64,000 bases of DNA from Mycobacteriales bacterium. GTDB taxonomy: Bacteria; Actinomycetota; Actinomycetes; BP-191. A program made the translations under genes and the position numbers. The stretch is taken from NCBI GenBank assembly GCA_036382875.1, contig DASVPJ010000041.1:2505-66504 (forward strand). Direction: 5' to 3'. Below are positions 55,295-64,000 of this stretch, one piece after another. Under the pieces are notes generated by a model. It was not told the origin of the DNA and did not search any database. It saw only the letters and a list, made by a program, of their open reading frames with translations. Within the stretch, counting starts at the first letter, position 1. Every line of letters begins with the position of its first letter.

Positions 55295-55311
55295 ATACCC
55301 CTAGTGGGTAT
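55295..55311. promoter_or_regulatory. Putative CsoR operator (GC-rich inverted repeat ATACCC-N5-GGGTAT)
   Basis: atacccctagtgggtat 29 bp upstream of csoR start; resembles actinobacterial CsoR operator consensus. Confidence 0.5.
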
Positions 55312-55488
55312 TCCGGCCGACTGCCTGGGCGCCCGGGCGGGCCCCGGGCAGCCGGGTGCACCCGCGCGTTCTGTGGAGCTCAGGGGACGGTCGTCCGCGT
55401 GGCGATCTTCACAGTTGGGGCACGGCCGCGGCGGGCACGGCCGCGGCGCGCGCGGCGCGCGGCGCGCGGCGGCCGGCGCGGGCCCCGC

Positions 55489-56586
55489 CTACCGGGCGCA
55501 GACGGTCTTGAGGAACGGGTACGGGTTCGCGGCGGGGCCGCCACCCGGGTGCGCCTCGAAGTGCACGTGCGGCGGCGTGGTGGCCGCGTTGCCGGTGTTG
55601 CCAACGTGCGCGATGACGTCGCCGGCCCGGACGTGCGTCCCGACCGGGGCGAGGTTCACGCTGTTGTGGGCGTAGTAGTAGCGGTCGCCGTTCGCGGCGC
55701 GCAGCCACAGCGTGATGCCGCCGAGGCCGCCGTTGCCCCACTTGTCGATGACGCCGTCCACCACGGCGTACGCGGGGGAGCCGTGCGGCGCGAAGACGTC
55801 GGTGCCCTGGTGCTGCCGCCCGCCGGAACGCGGCGCGTGCCACGTGTCGACGAACGACCGGACCGCGCCGACCGGGCAGGCGTAGCGGCCGGGCGGGGCG
55901 ACGTACGCGTTGCCGGCGCCGCTGGTCGTGGCCACCGTGCGCAGGGCCGCGGCGGCGAGCTCGCGGGCGCGCGCCGCCTCGGCCTCGACGATGGCGCGCA
56001 GCCGCGCGTCGGCGCCGGCGAGCAGCGCGGCCTGGCGCGACAGCAACGACTCCAGCCGGGCGGCGGCCTCCTGGGTCGCCCGCTCGGCCTTGGCCTGGTC
56101 GCGGACGGCGGAGTGCAGCGCCTCCTGCGCCTTCTCCGCCTCCTCGGCCCCGCGCACGGCGTAGCCGACCTGGACCTGGTCGGCCTGCAGGACGGCGGTC
56201 GCGTTGTGGTACCGGGAGAACGCGTCGTGGAAGTCGGTGGCCTGGAACACCGTCGCGACGACGGCGAGCGAGCCGCCGTTCATGTAGAGCGCGCGGATCC
56301 GCTCGGCGGCGGCGTCGTTGGCGATGGCCCGGGTCTCGGCGGCCTCGCGGGCCCGCGCCTCGGCGCCGAGGTTCGCGCTGATCGCGTTGGTGAGCGAGTC
56401 CTCGGCCTCGTGGAAGCGCGCCATCGCGTCGGCGAGCTCCTTGTCGAGCGCGGCGACGGACTTCTTCAGCGCGGCGACGCGGGTGCGCAGGTCGGACTTG
56501 TCGTCGGCGGTGGCGGACGGCGACAGCGACACGACGAGCGCGGCGCACGCCGCCAGCACGACGGCGCGCCGGGGGAGGCGGCCCAT
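55489..56586 (-). CDS. Secreted M23-family metallopeptidase with N-terminal coiled-coil
   Basis: Signal peptide; M23 motifs HQGTDVFA...GNTGNA...PHVHFE. Confidence 0.8.
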   Translation of the reverse strand: MGRLPRRAVVLAACAALVVSLSPSATADDKSDLRTRVAALKKSVAALDKELADAMARFHEAEDSLTNAISANLGAEARAREAAETRAIANDAAAERIRALYMNGGSLAVVATVFQATDFHDAFSRYHNATAVLQADQVQVGYAVRGAEEAEKAQEALHSAVRDQAKAERATQEAAARLESLLSRQAALLAGADARLRAIVEAEAARARELAAAALRTVATTSGAGNAYVAPPGRYACPVGAVRSFVDTWHAPRSGGRQHQGTDVFAPHGSPAYAVVDGVIDKWGNGGLGGITLWLRAANGDRYYYAHNSVNLAPVGTHVRAGDVIAHVGNTGNAATTPPHVHFEAHPGGGPAANPYPFLKTVCAR

Positions 56587-56624
56587 GCCCCGTTCTTCGT
56601 CATCCGGGGCACGGACCTTGACCC

Positions 56625-59600
56625 CTACGGCCTAACGCCCAGCCGGTCGAACACGACGTTCGTCCCGGTTGCGCCCGTCCGGCGCTGGCCCAGCACGGTG
56701 ATCGTCATGGTGTGGGCCCGGTCGGCGAGCCCGGAGAACGTCCGCACGTAGCCCCAGCGGGCCGACGAGTACCAGTTGTCGAACGTTCCCTTGCTCACGC
56801 CGTCGATGACCACCGTCGCCTTGCCCATGTTCGGGCCGAGCGCGGTCACCCAGTCGATGCCGCGGCCGCGGAACGTGATCGTCACCGTCGCGCCCGCGAC
56901 GTCCTCGACGGCGTACGCGCCGCCGCTCGCCGCCGACGTGCCGTAGCGCGCCCAGCCGAACGTCACCGCCGGCGTCGCCGCCAGCGACTGGCCGACCTTG
57001 AACGCGTCCACGGCCACGTCAGTGCCCTTGCCCGAGGACGACCCCCGCTCCCCGCGCACCACGATCTTGAGCGTGTGCTTGGCGTTCGTCAGGCCGCCGA
57101 TCGACCGGGTGAGCGCGCCGGAGGTGGTCGAGTAGAAGTTCACCCGCGACGCCTTGAGGACGTTGTCGACGTAGACGTCGGCGAGGCCGTACGTCGGCCC
57201 GCGCACCCCGTACCAGGTGATCCCGGTGCCGGTGAACACGTACGACGCCGTCGCGCCGCGCAGGTGCGCGACGTGGTACGTCCCGCCCTGCGCCCCAGAC
57301 CAGCCGGCCCGCCGCCACGCCTGGCGGACCCCGACCGAGGTCTCCTGCTCCACGGTCGACGCGCGGTACGCGCGCGACGCGCCGGGCGAGGCGTTGCCGG
57401 CGAGGTCGGTCACGCCGGACACGGCGAGCGTGTAGAGCTGGCCCGGCACCAGCGGCGCCGACGGCGTGAGCAGCGCCCGCTGGACGGTCGTCGCGGTGCA
57501 GGCGACGGCGACGTTGGCCGACGTGCGGCAGGACAGCGCGGCCGGGACGACCGTCGCGGTGCCGGTGAGCAGCAGCCGCACGGTGCCGGCCGTGACGTTC
57601 TTGACCGGCTCGTTCCACGTGACGGTGTGGGTCGGCGTCAGCGCCGCCGACGGCACCGGCACGGACGTGACCGGCGCGGCCGTGTCGACGGTCCACGCGA
57701 ACGTCACGGCCTCGCCGGCGTTGCCGACGTCGTCCGTCGCGGTGACCGACAGCGTGTGCACGCCCGCCGACACGGTCGGCGTGAACGGCGAGTCGCACGC
57801 CTCCGGCACGCCGTCCAGCGCGCACTCGTACGACGCCACGTCGGGCGCCGCCGAGGAGAACGCGAACGTCGGCGTGGTGTCGTTGCCGAGCGCCGGCGGC
57901 GTCGCGGTGAACGCCGCCGCCGGGCCCGTCACGTCCACGGTCCAGCCCCACGACGCGGGGACGCCGGGGTTGCCGAGCGCGTCGTACGCGACGACGGCGA
58001 ACGTGTGCCCCGCCTCGCCCAGCGACGACAGCGTCACCGGCGACGCGCAGTCGCCGGCCGCGCCGTCGACCGTGCACACGTAGTGGTCCGCGCCGTCCGC
58101 CGCGAACTCGAACGTCGCCGCGTCGGCGCCCGTGCGGGCCGGCGGCTTCGCGGTCAGTGCCGCGTCGGGCCCGACCGTGTCGACGGTCCACGCGTGCGTG
58201 GCGGGCGCGCCGGCGTTCGCCAGGTCGTCCTTCGCGACGACCGCGAACGTGTGCGGCCCGTCCGCGAGCCCCGAGAGCACGAGCGGCGACGCGCACGCGC
58301 TCGCGACGCCGTCCACGGTGCACGTGTACGACGCCACGTCCTCGTCCGGCGCGGCGAACTCGAACGTCGCCCCGGTCGCGTTGGTCAGCGTCGCGGGCGC
58401 CGCGGTGATCCCCGCGTCCGGGCCCGCCGTGTCGACCGTCCAGGTCCAGGTGGCGGGCGTGCCGGCGTTGGCGAGGTCGTCCTTGGCGACGACGGAGAAC
58501 GAGTGCGCGCCGGCCGCCAGCGACGACAGGGTCAGCGGGGACCCGCAGGCGCTCGTGACGCCGTCCACCGTGCAGGTGAAGCCGGCCAGGTCCGCGGCGG
58601 CCGAGGAGAACGCGAACGACGCCGCGGTCGACGCCGTGCGCGCCGCCGGCTTGGCGGTGAGCGAGACGGCGGGGCCGGTCTGGTCGACCGTCCACGCCCA
58701 GGTGGCCGGGACGCTGTTGTTGCCGAGGTCGTCGCGCGCGACGACGGCGAACGTGTGGTCGCCCTGCGTGAGCGAGGACAGGTTCAGCGGCGACGTGCAG
58801 GCGGCGGCGGCGCCGTCGACCGTGCACGTGTAGCCGGCCAGGTCGCTCGCCGCCGAGCCGAACTCGAACGTCGCCGTGGCGAGCGCGGTCCGCGCCGGCG
58901 GCTTCGACGTCAGCGAGACCGCCGGACCGGCCTGGTCCACGGTCCACGTGTACGACGCGGTGGCGGCGTTGAGCGCCGCGTCGCGCGCCGTCAGCACGAA
59001 CGTGTGCGACCCGGTGGTGAGGCCGTTCGAGGTGTACGCGCCGGTGCCGCACGTGACGGGGGAGCCGTCGAGCGCGCAGGCGTAGGTCAGCGCGTCGTCG
59101 GGCGTCCACCCGAACGCCGCCGTGGCCGACGCGGTCCGCAGCGGCGGCACGCTGGTGAGCTCCGGCGCGGCGGGCGCGGTCGCGTCCACGGTCCACGCGC
59201 GGGTCGCGGCGGCCGACGTGGCGCCGTTCTTCGACGCGGTGACGGAGAACGTGTGCGGGCCGTCGGCCAGCGACTCGTAGGTCACGCCGCTGGTGCACGG
59301 CGCGGGCGCGCCGCCGTCGAGCGTGCACGCCGTCGTGGTCCCGGCGGCGGAGGTGAACGCGAACGTCGCGGAGCGGCTGTTGACCAGTGCGGCCGGGCCG
59401 CTCGTGATCACCGGCGCGGGGACCGCGATGGTCCACGAGAAGACCGTGTCGGCACTCTGCCGCCCCGCCTGGTCGACCGTCCGCACGGTGAACGTGTGGC
59501 CGCCGAACGTGAGGCTCTGGTAGTCCGCGGTGCCGAAGCACGACGACGCGCCGCCGGTGTCGAGGCGGCACGTGTAGTACGACGCGTCGTCCGACGGCGA

Positions 59601-62600
59601 CGCGAACTCGAAGTGCGCCGTGGTCGCCTCGGTGGACGCGTTCGGCGTCGCGGACAGCACCGGCGCCGCGGGGTCGGTGAGGTCGACGTACCACGTGTAC
59701 TGGTTGCCGCTCTGGTTGCCCGCCGGGTCGGACGCGACGACGTTGAAGGTGTGCTGCCCCTCGGCGAGGCCGCTCACGGACGCGAAGGACGACGAGCACC
59801 CGACGGGCGCGTTGTCGACCTTGCAGGCGTAGGTCGCCGACTGGTCGCTCTGCCACTGGAACAGCGCGCTCGTGGCGGCCGACCGCGCGCTCGGCACCTG
59901 GAAGAACCCCGGGAACGCCGGTGGCACCGTGTCCACGGTCCACGACCGGGTCGCGGCGGCGGACAGGTTGCCCGCGGCGTCGACAGACCGGACCGCGAAC
60001 GTGTGCGCGCCCTGGCCGACCGTGTAGCCCACGCCGCTCACGCAGGTCGCGGGCGTCTGGCTGTCGAGCTGGCACTGCGCGCCGGTGGCGTCGCCGGTCA
60101 GCTCGAACGTGAACGCCGCGCTCGTGCTGCGCACCAGGCCGCTCGGGCCGGTGAGGATCGTCGGCACCGGCGCGGGCGTCCCGTCGACGGTCCACGTGCG
60201 CGTCGCGAGCGGGCTCTCGTTGCCGTTCTCGTCGACCGAGACGACGGCGAACGTGTGCTCGCCCGAGGACAGCGGGCCGCTGTACGTCTTCGACGCGGAG
60301 CACGACGCCCAGGCGGTGTCGTCCAGCGCGCAGAGGTGCGTCGTGCCGGTGTTCGTGAAGGTGAACGTGAACGCGTTCGCCCCGCCCGGCGCAGTCGTCC
60401 CGGACGGCCCGCCGGTGATCGACGGCGTGGCGGGCGGGACCTGCTCGACGGGCGTGTAGAGCCCGGCGTTGCCGGTGCCGACGAGGTCCAGGCCGTCGCC
60501 GCGGTGGGCGAGCGTGGCCATGGCGACGTTCGTGAAGCCGCGGTTGATCGAGTGCCACGCGGCACCGTCGTCGGTGGACTTGTACATCGACACGGTGCCG
60601 GAACGGCCGGCCAGCACGACGCCGCTCGGCGACACGGACAGCCGGTCGGCCACGTCGGGCAGCGGCGACGGCGTCCACGTGCCGGTGCCGCCGTCGCGGT
60701 ACAGCCTGACGCCGCCGGCGCCGTCGGTGGCGACGTACGCGACGGTGCGGTCGGCGGGGTGCGTGGCGAGCGTCTGCACGACCGAGCCCGGCTGCGGCAG
60801 CTCGCGCGGGGTCATCGCGAGCGCGGGCGACGGGTCCGCCGAGAACGACGCGCGGGAGACTCGCGGCGCGGCGCCGCGGACGACCCAGACGTCGGTCGCG
60901 GAGACGGCGTCGACCTCGGTGACCGAGGTCTGGCCGAGCGGCGTCCACGTCGACCCGGCGTCGCCGCTGCGGACGACCTGGCCGCCGGCGGCGAGCCACA
61001 CCACCGGCGCGTCGGGCACCGCGGACACCGACGCGACGCTCGCGGGGGCACCGGCGGCGGCCCAGTCGCCGCTGCCCACGTCGATCCGGTACAGCGCCGT
61101 GCCGAACACCGCGAGGGCGCGCAGCGCGCTGGAGGCGTCGCGGACGAGCGCGACCTGCTTCGCGTCGGTGCCGGTCGCGGTCGTCGTGCCGAGCGGGCCG
61201 AACGACGCGCCGCCGTTCGTCGAGCGGAACACGCCGGCGTCGGTCGCCGCGTAGAGGTGCAGCGGGTTGGCCGGGTCGGCGACGACCTGGCGGACGTTGC
61301 GGCCGCCGAGCGAGGTGAACTGGAACTTGTCGTTGACGATCGTGATCGCGCGCGTCGCGGTGCTCGACGTGCCGGTGAGGGCGGCCTTGACCGTGACCGC
61401 GGTGCCGGTGGGGGAGGCGCTCGCCGGGGCGGTGTACGTCGTGTCGGAGAACGTCCCGCGCGACGCGGACCAGGTGAGCTTCGGCTCCGCGACGGAGTTG
61501 CGCAGCGTCGCGGTGAACGTCGCGGTCAGCGTGGCGTTGACCCGGCTGACGGCCGGCGGGATCGCGAACGCGAGCGTGGTGTCCGCCGACCCGGGCCAGA
61601 ACTGCGAGGCGTCGTCGAAGTTCGTGAAGGCGTCGATGCGGCCGTCGCCGGTCACGTCGCCGAACGTCCCGTGGTGGATCGACCCGGAGAGGGCGTGCAC
61701 GGGCGCGTACGCGTTCGGGCCCGTGCGCCGCAGCAGCACCGGCCCGCGGTACGTGTACCCGGCGAGGTCGAGCACGCCGTCGCCGTCGACGTGCACGGCC
61801 TGCAGCTGGCGCGGACGCCACGGGAGGAGCTGCACGGGCGTGGTGCTCACGGCGCCGGTGCCGTTCGCGAGGTTGGGGAGGACGAGCAGCTTCGGCGGGA
61901 AGAACGTGTAGTTCTCGCCGCCGACCCCGACGACGAGGTCGTTCCATCCGTCGCCGTCGGTGTCGGCGATCCGCGGCTCGGGCGCCATGCCGACGTTGTA
62001 CGTGACCTCGGACGCGATCGCGCCGAAGCCGTTGTTGATGCCGACCTCGATCGTGGTGCTGTTGTTGGTCGACCCCTTGATCCCGACCGCGACGTCGGGC
62101 CGGCCGTCTCCGGTGAGGTCACCGACGTCGAACGAGTCGGCCTCGAACGTCGACATCAGCGCGACCGGCTCCTGGAACGTGCCGTTGCCGTTGCCCTTCT
62201 CGAACAGCAGGTTGCCGAACCACTCCAGCCGGATCGCGTCGAGGTGACCGTCGCCGTCGAAGTCCGTGAGCCGCGCGCGGTTGCCGGACCGGGCGCCGCC
62301 GGTCGTGGGGACCTTCGCGTCGGGCGTGAACGTCCCGGTGCCGTTGTTGCGCCACACCTGGTAGCGCCAGGTCTGCGTGCTGGTCGAGCCGAACGGCACG
62401 TACACGTCGACGTCGCCGTCCTCGTCCACGTCGCCGAGCTCGAGGTCGAGGACGAAGTCGTTCGTGCGGGTGAAGCCGTTCGCGGCGAACGTGCTGCCGG
62501 CCGCGCTGGTGGTCCTCGTGAGGCCACTGCCGTTCCACGACACGGTCACCAGGTTCCAGACCTCGAGGCCGTTGCAGCAGGTCTGCAGCAGCACCACGTC

Positions 62601-63035
62601 GGGCTTGCCGTCGCCGGTCACGTCCGCGATGTCCGCGTCCTGGCCGCCGCCGGCCGGCGACGCGACCTCCTCGGCGAACCCGCCCCCGGGGACGCCGCTC
62701 GCGATCGTGATCGTCGCGTCGGCGTAGACGCTCGGGTCCTCGACCGCCGTCGCGCGCACGACCGCGACCGGGTCCGCGGGCACCGTCGCGGGCGGCGTGT
62801 AGAGACCGCTCGCGCCGACGGACCCGGCGCCGCGCCGCAGCGACCACGTCACCGTCTGGTCGGACAGGTTCGTGGTCGTCGCCGTGAGCTGGCGGGTGCC
62901 GCCGACCAGCACCGACGAGACGCCGGGCGTGACCCGCACCGTCGGCGGGTCGATCGCCGACGCGGACGACGCGGGCAGGGTCAGAGCGGCCGCCCCCACG
63001 GCCACCACGAGGACGCGCGAGAGCGCACGACGCAC
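56625..63035 (-). CDS. Giant secreted surface protein (2136 aa): FG-GAP/VCBS beta-propeller, Asp-box propeller, about 10 tandem Ig-like domains, C-terminal beta-sandwich domains
   Basis: GTG after GAGGGGGG SD; signal peptide; FG-GAP repeats (DVTGDGKPDVVLL, DFDGDGHLDAI, DTDGDGWNDLVVG); repeated about 95-aa units of form TWTVD...P...LTS.P...F.F......C.LDG....C.SP..LS.L..G.HTF.V.A.D..GN. Confidence 0.85.
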   Translation of the reverse strand: MRRALSRVLVVAVGAAALTLPASSASAIDPPTVRVTPGVSSVLVGGTRQLTATTTNLSDQTVTWSLRRGAGSVGASGLYTPPATVPADPVAVVRATAVEDPSVYADATITIASGVPGGGFAEEVASPAGGGQDADIADVTGDGKPDVVLLQTCCNGLEVWNLVTVSWNGSGLTRTTSAAGSTFAANGFTRTNDFVLDLELGDVDEDGDVDVYVPFGSTSTQTWRYQVWRNNGTGTFTPDAKVPTTGGARSGNRARLTDFDGDGHLDAIRLEWFGNLLFEKGNGNGTFQEPVALMSTFEADSFDVGDLTGDGRPDVAVGIKGSTNNSTTIEVGINNGFGAIASEVTYNVGMAPEPRIADTDGDGWNDLVVGVGGENYTFFPPKLLVLPNLANGTGAVSTTPVQLLPWRPRQLQAVHVDGDGVLDLAGYTYRGPVLLRRTGPNAYAPVHALSGSIHHGTFGDVTGDGRIDAFTNFDDASQFWPGSADTTLAFAIPPAVSRVNATLTATFTATLRNSVAEPKLTWSASRGTFSDTTYTAPASASPTGTAVTVKAALTGTSSTATRAITIVNDKFQFTSLGGRNVRQVVADPANPLHLYAATDAGVFRSTNGGASFGPLGTTTATGTDAKQVALVRDASSALRALAVFGTALYRIDVGSGDWAAAGAPASVASVSAVPDAPVVWLAAGGQVVRSGDAGSTWTPLGQTSVTEVDAVSATDVWVVRGAAPRVSRASFSADPSPALAMTPRELPQPGSVVQTLATHPADRTVAYVATDGAGGVRLYRDGGTGTWTPSPLPDVADRLSVSPSGVVLAGRSGTVSMYKSTDDGAAWHSINRGFTNVAMATLAHRGDGLDLVGTGNAGLYTPVEQVPPATPSITGGPSGTTAPGGANAFTFTFTNTGTTHLCALDDTAWASCSASKTYSGPLSSGEHTFAVVSVDENGNESPLATRTWTVDGTPAPVPTILTGPSGLVRSTSAAFTFELTGDATGAQCQLDSQTPATCVSGVGYTVGQGAHTFAVRSVDAAGNLSAAATRSWTVDTVPPAFPGFFQVPSARSAATSALFQWQSDQSATYACKVDNAPVGCSSSFASVSGLAEGQHTFNVVASDPAGNQSGNQYTWYVDLTDPAAPVLSATPNASTEATTAHFEFASPSDDASYYTCRLDTGGASSCFGTADYQSLTFGGHTFTVRTVDQAGRQSADTVFSWTIAVPAPVITSGPAALVNSRSATFAFTSAAGTTTACTLDGGAPAPCTSGVTYESLADGPHTFSVTASKNGATSAAATRAWTVDATAPAAPELTSVPPLRTASATAAFGWTPDDALTYACALDGSPVTCGTGAYTSNGLTTGSHTFVLTARDAALNAATASYTWTVDQAGPAVSLTSKPPARTALATATFEFGSAASDLAGYTCTVDGAAAACTSPLNLSSLTQGDHTFAVVARDDLGNNSVPATWAWTVDQTGPAVSLTAKPAARTASTAASFAFSSAAADLAGFTCTVDGVTSACGSPLTLSSLAAGAHSFSVVAKDDLANAGTPATWTWTVDTAGPDAGITAAPATLTNATGATFEFAAPDEDVASYTCTVDGVASACASPLVLSGLADGPHTFAVVAKDDLANAGAPATHAWTVDTVGPDAALTAKPPARTGADAATFEFAADGADHYVCTVDGAAGDCASPVTLSSLGEAGHTFAVVAYDALGNPGVPASWGWTVDVTGPAAAFTATPPALGNDTTPTFAFSSAAPDVASYECALDGVPEACDSPFTPTVSAGVHTLSVTATDDVGNAGEAVTFAWTVDTAAPVTSVPVPSAALTPTHTVTWNEPVKNVTAGTVRLLLTGTATVVPAALSCRTSANVAVACTATTVQRALLTPSAPLVPGQLYTLAVSGVTDLAGNASPGASRAYRASTVEQETSVGVRQAWRRAGWSGAQGGTYHVAHLRGATASYVFTGTGITWYGVRGPTYGLADVYVDNVLKASRVNFYSTTSGALTRSIGGLTNAKHTLKIVVRGERGSSSGKGTDVAVDAFKVGQSLAATPAVTFGWARYGTSAASGGAYAVEDVAGATVTITFRGRGIDWVTALGPNMGKATVVIDGVSKGTFDNWYSSARWGYVRTFSGLADRAHTMTITVLGQRRTGATGTNVVFDRLGVRP

Positions 63036-63266
63036 TGTGCCCCCCTCAGGGACAGTCGGGTGTGTGTTCAGGTGTGAGGGGTCACCCTAGCCACGCGGCA
63101 AGCCCGACGGAACGATCCGGGGCGAACTCGCCCGGAGGTTGGTCCGGACGGGCCGTGGGCGATGACCCGTTCGGGCGAGAGAGGGGTGACGACCCGCTCG
63201 ACGGCGCCGTGAGCCCGTTCCGTGAAGCCCCGGCGGCCGTCGCCCGCGTGGTGATCTTCACAGAAC

Positions 63267-63346
63267 GGGTCCGGCTCCGGCTCCGGGTCCGGGTCCGGGT
63301 CCGGCTCCGGGTCCGGGTCCGGGTCCGGGTCCGGGTCCGGGTCCGG
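63267..63346. repeat. Hexanucleotide tandem repeat (GGGTCC/GGCTCC)x13
   Basis: 13 contiguous 6-nt units, two variants, about 230 bp upstream of the giant surface-protein gene. Confidence 0.8.
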
Positions 63347-63353
63347 CGACGGC

Positions 63354-63665
63354 GTGGCCCGCGGACCGGTGAGTTCCGGGCGCCGCGGACGTCCACCCCG
63401 TGTGGTGGTCGAGGTCGTGGACGGCGGGGCCGTCGTGGCGACCGTGCGCATCGACGGCGACGTGCCGGGGCTGTTCCTCGTGGACGCGGTCGCCCGGCTC
63501 ACGCTGGCCGCCCGCCGGCTCGGCTGGCGGCTCGCGGTCGCCGACCCGGAGCTACGCGAGCTGCTCGCCCTCGCGGGGGTCGACGTCGAGCCGGGGCGGC
63601 AGCCCGAACGCCGCGAAGAGGCGTTCGTCGATGTAGTGGTGCAGCCCGACGACCCGCCCGCCTGA
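63354..63665 (+). CDS. Hypothetical ORF (doubtful; overlaps convergent sigJ-like gene by about 110 bp)
   Basis: GC3-rich frame starting right after the hexamer repeat; no motif. Confidence 0.2.
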   Translation: MARGPVSSGRRGRPPRVVVEVVDGGAVVATVRIDGDVPGLFLVDAVARLTLAARRLGWRLAVADPELRELLALAGVDVEPGRQPERREEAFVDVVVQPDDPPA

Positions 63666-64000
63666 CGTCTCGATCACCTGGATCGCCCACGGCTCCCAGC
63701 CGCCGCCCTCGGCGGGCTTGTACGCGCCGAACGCCGGCAGTCCGTTCGCCCGCACCGGCAGCAGCCGCGAGCCGCGGCAGCCGATGCCGTGGCCCAGGTA
63801 GAACGCGCCGATCTCCTTCGGCCCGCGCAGCCACATCGGGAACGGCGGCATGGTGAACGCCGCGTCGTCCGACACCAGCGTGACCAGCGTGTCGACGTCG
63901 TAGCGCTCGAACGCCTCGACGTAGCGCCGCAGCAGCGCCGCGTGCTCCTCGTCGAGGTCGACCGGCGCGGCCGGCCGCCGCTCGTCCAGCGTCGCGCGGG
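63552..64000 (-). CDS. Partial ECF sigma factor with C-terminal SnoaL-like domain (SigJ-type); 5' part beyond window end
   Basis: Frame open to window edge; C-terminal SnoaL_2-like pattern (RYVEAFERYDVDTLVTLVSDDAAFTMPPFPMWLRG...WEPWAIQVIETSGGRVVGLHHYID). Confidence 0.6.
   Translation of the reverse strand, partial: RATLDERRPAAPVDLDEEHAALLRRYVEAFERYDVDTLVTLVSDDAAFTMPPFPMWLRGPKEIGAFYLGHGIGCRGSRLLPVRANGLPAFGAYKPAEGGGWEPWAIQVIETSGGRVVGLHHYIDERLFAAFGLPPRLDVDPREGEQLA

Noticed and set aside
56712-63077. 2121-aa + strand ORF antisense to the giant surface-protein gene
   Set aside because: Antisense frame with Arg/Gly/Asp-rich low-complexity translation; the minus-strand frame has signal peptide, domain repeats and a proper SD.
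63267-63346. Possible CRISPR array
   Set aside because: Units are 6 nt without spacers; this is a microsatellite, not repeat-spacer architecture. No cas genes.
63062-63856. 264-aa + ORF with RVRVRV repeat
   Set aside because: Translation of the hexanucleotide repeat in an arbitrary frame; no coding signal.

Overview
High-GC (about 70%+) actinobacterial chromosome segment. Most long six-frame ORFs are Arg/Pro-rich GC artefacts; real genes were picked by GC3-rich codon usage, Shine-Dalgarno sites, translational coupling (ATGA/GTGA overlaps) and recognisable motifs. Contents, left to right: (1) small membrane proteins and a YetF/DUF421 pair, a secreted penicillin-amidase (Ntn, S45) family protein, CAP-domain protein, YbaK deacylase, secreted zincin protease, LuxR regulator, SGNH hydrolase, SAM-MTase, APH-like kinase with no canonical start, cNMP-binding protein, S51 peptidase, ECF sigma/anti-sigma pair. 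(2) A four-gene, fully translationally coupled terpenoid-type operon (SnoaL-like, polyprenyl synthase, squalene/phytoene-synthase-like, membrane desaturase-like) followed by a 59-aa RiPP-like precursor peptide (leader ending GG, Cys/Thr-rich core). (3) An approximately 9.3 kb lower-GC integrative island inserted at tRNA-Lys(CTT), bounded by about 85 bp direct repeats that copy the tRNA 3' half. It carries xis-int, a WhiB-like and an XRE regulator, and a defense-like cargo: a ThsB-like TIR (DUF1863) gene coupled to a multi-TM protein and a small protein, a DUF4062-HEAT protein, and a PF10137 TIR-like protein. This is the best candidate for a previously undescribed system, a Thoeris-like TIR module with a small membrane effector in place of ThsA. 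(4) A regulon-like cluster: three tandem 6-Cys small secreted paralogs, four paralogous about 150-aa secreted proteins of an uncharacterised family, an Ig-like secreted protein, an ECF sigma with a C-terminal membrane extension, and a triple-GAF histidine kinase with NarL-type response regulator, sharing TGGCCA-NN-TGGCCA-type upstream motifs. (5) Secreted proteins coupled to a Liv-type ABC transporter with a fused permease-permease-ATPase ORF. (6) csoR-copZ-copA copper module with operator palindrome, BNR/Asp-box protein, M23 peptidase, a 2136-aa FG-GAP/Ig-repeat surface protein, a (GGGTCC/GGCTCC)x13 hexanucleotide tandem repeat, and a partial SigJ-like ECF sigma running off the window end.
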